NCBI GenBank assembly: GCA_964016885.1
Contig: OZ024764.1
Location: 14,632,001 to 14,696,000, forward strand
DNA: 64,000 nt
Origin: Eledone cirrhosa
Lineage: Eukaryota
Reading direction: 5' to 3'
Shown: positions 63,321-64,000 of the stretch, one piece after another
Layout of the letters: the number at the start of each line of letters is the position of its first letter
Position numbering within the stretch: position 1 is the first letter of the stretch
Translations under genes and position numbers: made by a program
Notes under the pieces: generated by a model
What the model saw: the letters and a program-made list of their open reading frames with translations, nothing else
What the model was told of the DNA's origin: nothing
The model's database searches: none

Positions 63321-64000
63321 TGTATCTGTATATATATATATATACATATATATATGCACAGATATATACATTTAAATATATATATTTATATATACATACA
63401 CGCGCGCACACACACCTATACGTAGATATGGGTGTGTGTATAGCTGGTATATATATGTATGGGTGAGTGTATAGCTGGTATATATATATATATATATATA
63501 TATAGGTGTGTGTCCTTCTTTCTGCTGTTTTCCGTTTTTCGCTGCTATTTCTAAAGTGTCCATACATGCTAGAAATAGTTGAGATGGAAATTCAGCTGCG
63601 TCCAGGCTTCTTCTCACTATGTCGTTGAGAGCATTTATGTGGCTCACACACGCGGAGGCCAAGGCATTGGGTTACTCCGATGCGAGTTCAATCATCATCA
63701 AGAATTTATTTGAATTGAAAGGTCACTAAACTAATATAGGAGTGTCATTTAAAAATAAGGTAAACAGAAATAGTTACACCGGTAACATAATTACTGTTAC
63801 ACCGGTAGTTCACTAACAATTCATTTCACGTTCCTCTCTAACAGGTAATGTTTTAATTTGCTCTCCATGTTGGGGAGTAACTGTAGTTTGGCTTGCTAGG
63901 GGTCATACATCTTCATACATACACACACATACTATATATATATATACAAAGGAAAGGAAGATAAACAAATATCAGAGGATTTGACCGGCTTCTTCCACTT
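59790..64000 (+). repeat. Rearranged segmental duplicate of ~44800-48509
   Basis: 59790-61380 matches 44800-46500 with a small deletion; 62815-63578 matches ~46225-46984; 63579-64000 matches 48097-48509. Confidence 0.9.

Overview
Eukaryotic, repeat-rich genomic DNA. The SINE/LINE repertoire and (TA)n density suggest an octopus or other coleoid cephalopod; this is an inference. The window holds one complete protein-coding gene on the + strand: a 15-exon NRF-6/O-acyltransferase-like gene (ATG 3996 to TAA 40292). All introns are GT-AG with consistent phases, giving about 794-808 aa with a signal peptide, an NRF N-terminal domain and an Acyl_transf_3 membrane domain. Most introns and the downstream 24 kb are filled with minisatellites, tRNA-derived SINEs, RTE, L1/Tx1, Vingi-like and CRE-like LINE fragments, Helitrons and hAT-type MITEs. 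A rearranged duplication (about 44.8-48.5 kb versus 59.8-64 kb) lies downstream. The most notable unannotated signal is a cluster of type I hammerhead ribozyme motifs of Penelope/retrozyme style in introns 2-3 (about 12.9-17.0 kb). Several are in the sense orientation of the pre-mRNA, and one lies inside an apparently perfect 177-bp inverted repeat. Also notable: oppositely oriented 51-bp minisatellite arrays bracket exons 2-5 (circRNA geometry), and several minisatellites derive from pieces of transposons. Repeat boundaries were read by eye and are approximate.
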